From the NCBI GenBank assembly GCA_051313645.2, contig JBNRSN020000904.1:1-64000 (forward strand): a stretch of 64,000 nt of DNA. Reading direction: 5' to 3'. A model generated the notes under the pieces. That model saw nothing but the letters and a program-made list of their open reading frames with translations. It ran no database searches and was not told where the DNA came from. Every line of letters starts with the position of its first letter. Within the stretch, counting starts at the first letter, position 1. Position numbers and translations under genes: made by a program. Shown piece after piece: positions 62,270 to 64,000 of this stretch. The DNA is from Centroscyllium fabricii (taxonomy: Eukaryota).

Positions 62270-64000
62270 GCACACAAAACGGGCTGAAATTAGTTTAATG
62301 GAGGCGCGGGTGCCGGGGTGGGACAGGCCATGGAGGGTCTCAAAAATGCGCCGCCTCCATGCGTGGGGGACGACGGGTCTGGGCTGCGGTAACGATACGT
62401 TGCAGCAGACTACGGTGGCCGCGGGGCCGTGTGCGATGTTGGCCAGGCGTAGGCCAGGGAGGTTTTCTGCTGGGTTGAGCAGGTCTGGGTCCGCCTGCTG
62501 GTCTGCTGCCAGCTTGGCGTAATCAACCGCCATTTGGGCGGCGTTAATGGTGGGACGTGACAGGCAGTCAGCAACCACGTTGTCGCGGCCGGAGATGTGC
62601 TGGATGTCGGTAGTGAATTCCGACACGGCTGCAAGTTGGCGCTGCTGCCTGGCCGACCAGGGTTCAGAGATCTTAGCCATTGCGAATATCAGTGGCTTAT
62701 GATCCACGAAAGCTGTGAAGGGACGGCCCTCCAGGAGGAAGTGAAAATGGCGCACAGCGAGGTAGAGAGCGAGGAGCTCCCTGTCGAAGGCGCTGTACTT
62801 GACCTCTGGGGGCCGTAGGTGCCGGCTGAAAAAGGCCAGGGGCTGCCAGGAGTTGCCCGCCCACTGTTCAAAAACGGCCCCGACAGCGTGGTCGGAGGCG
62901 TCAGTGGTGAGGGCCACTCTGGCGTTGGGCCTGGGGTGGGCTAGGAGGGTGGCGTTGGCCAGGGCGGTCTTGGTTGCGGTGAACGCGGTGGCGGCGTCGG
63001 CCGTCCACTCGACAGCGGTTTTGCCGGACTGCCCGCGTGTGGCCTGGTATAGGGGAGCCATGAGAGCGGCTGCACCTGGGATGAAGCGGTTATAAAAGTT
63101 AACCATCCCGAGGAACTCCTGCAGGCCCTTGATGGAGTGCGGGCGGGGGAATTCCTGGACTGCCTGCACTTTGGAGGGCAGGGGTATGGTCCCGGTTTTG
63201 GAAATGCGGTGGCCCAGGAAGTCTATGACTTCTAGGCCGAATTTGCATTTGGAGGGGCTTAATATAAGGCCGTGTTCGGTCAGACGCTGGAACAGGGTCC
63301 TGAGATGCAGGAGGTGCTCCTGGGGGGAGGTGCTGGCCACGAGGATGTCGTCTAAGTAGACGTAAATGAACTGCTAGTCCCGTAGGACTGAGTCCATTAG
63401 GCGCTGAAAGGCCTGGGCCGCGTTTTTGAGTCCGAAGGGCATCCTGAGGAACTCGAACAGGCCGAAGGGGGTAATTACGGCTGTCTTGGGGACATCCGCC
63501 GGGTGCACCGGGACCTGGTGGTAGCCACGCACCAGGTCGATCTTGGAGAAGATCGTGCAGCCCGCTAGCCTGGCGGAGAAATCCTGGATTTGGGGTACGG
63601 GGTACCTATCCGGGGTCGTGGCGTTGTTGAGGCGGCGGTAGTTGCCGCAGGGGCGCCAACCCCCGGCCGGCTTGGGGGCGATGTGGAGGGGAGAGGCCCA
63701 GGGGCTGCTGGAGCGGTGTATTATGCCGAGTTGCTCCATAGTGCCGAACTCGGTGCGCGCAATCTCCAGCTTGGCCGGGTCCAGCCTGCGGGCGTGGGCG
63801 TGCACGGGAGGGCCGGTGGTGTGGATAAAGTGTTCCACCCCGTGTTTGGCCGTGCGGGCGGTGAAGGTGGGGTTGGTCAGGGCTGGGAACTCAGAGAGGA
63901 GCGAGCTGTACGCGTCTGAGTTCCGGGCGCGGCATTGTGCCGCCGCGTGGGCCAGGAGTGCCGGCCCTGTGGAGCATGGGATGGTCGACATATTTTGAAT
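62270..64000 (-). mobile_element. Gypsy pol (RT, RNase H, start of integrase zinc finger), one in-frame stop, truncated at about 62270
   Basis: SPWASPLH, DRYPVP, FLRMPFGLKNA, VYLDD, TTDASD, LHGLSHPG; TAG at 63374-63376. Confidence 0.93.

Noticed and set aside
60800-64000. Exon 5 of the pseudogene
   Set aside because: No GTGGGCATCAACTACCAG-like sequence seen before the window end; it could lie beyond 64000

Overview
Vertebrate, almost certainly cartilaginous-fish (elasmobranch) genomic DNA, judged from HE1-type V-SINEs sharing 3' tails with CR1 LINEs, a Deu-domain SINE and Penelope-like remnants. Most of the window is repeat-derived. The one intact host gene is a five-exon alpha-tubulin on the minus strand (ATG 48277-48275, stop 36500; coding exons 3/223/149/681/300 bp; 451 aa). 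It has a TATA/CCAAT promoter, a divergent H11-H12 region and a C-terminus lacking the final Tyr. Head-to-head with it is an inverted, intron-containing, disabled copy (about 52588-62180, exons 1-4) that lies between two same-strand pieces of a Gypsy pol/integrase. About 19 kb (10630-29420) is a 27-bp satellite with kilobase higher-order duplications and one young CR1 insertion; its long ORFs are artefacts. A full-length but disrupted Gypsy element (29769-35789) and an LTR of a second family both lack a tRNA primer-binding site. Instead each has a 14-nt segment complementary to its own LTR poly(A) signal, with covarying sequence between the families. Several Penelope-associated minimal hammerhead ribozyme motifs, solo LTRs with target-site duplications (TSDs), MITEs and minisatellites are also present. 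All alignments and counts were done by eye.
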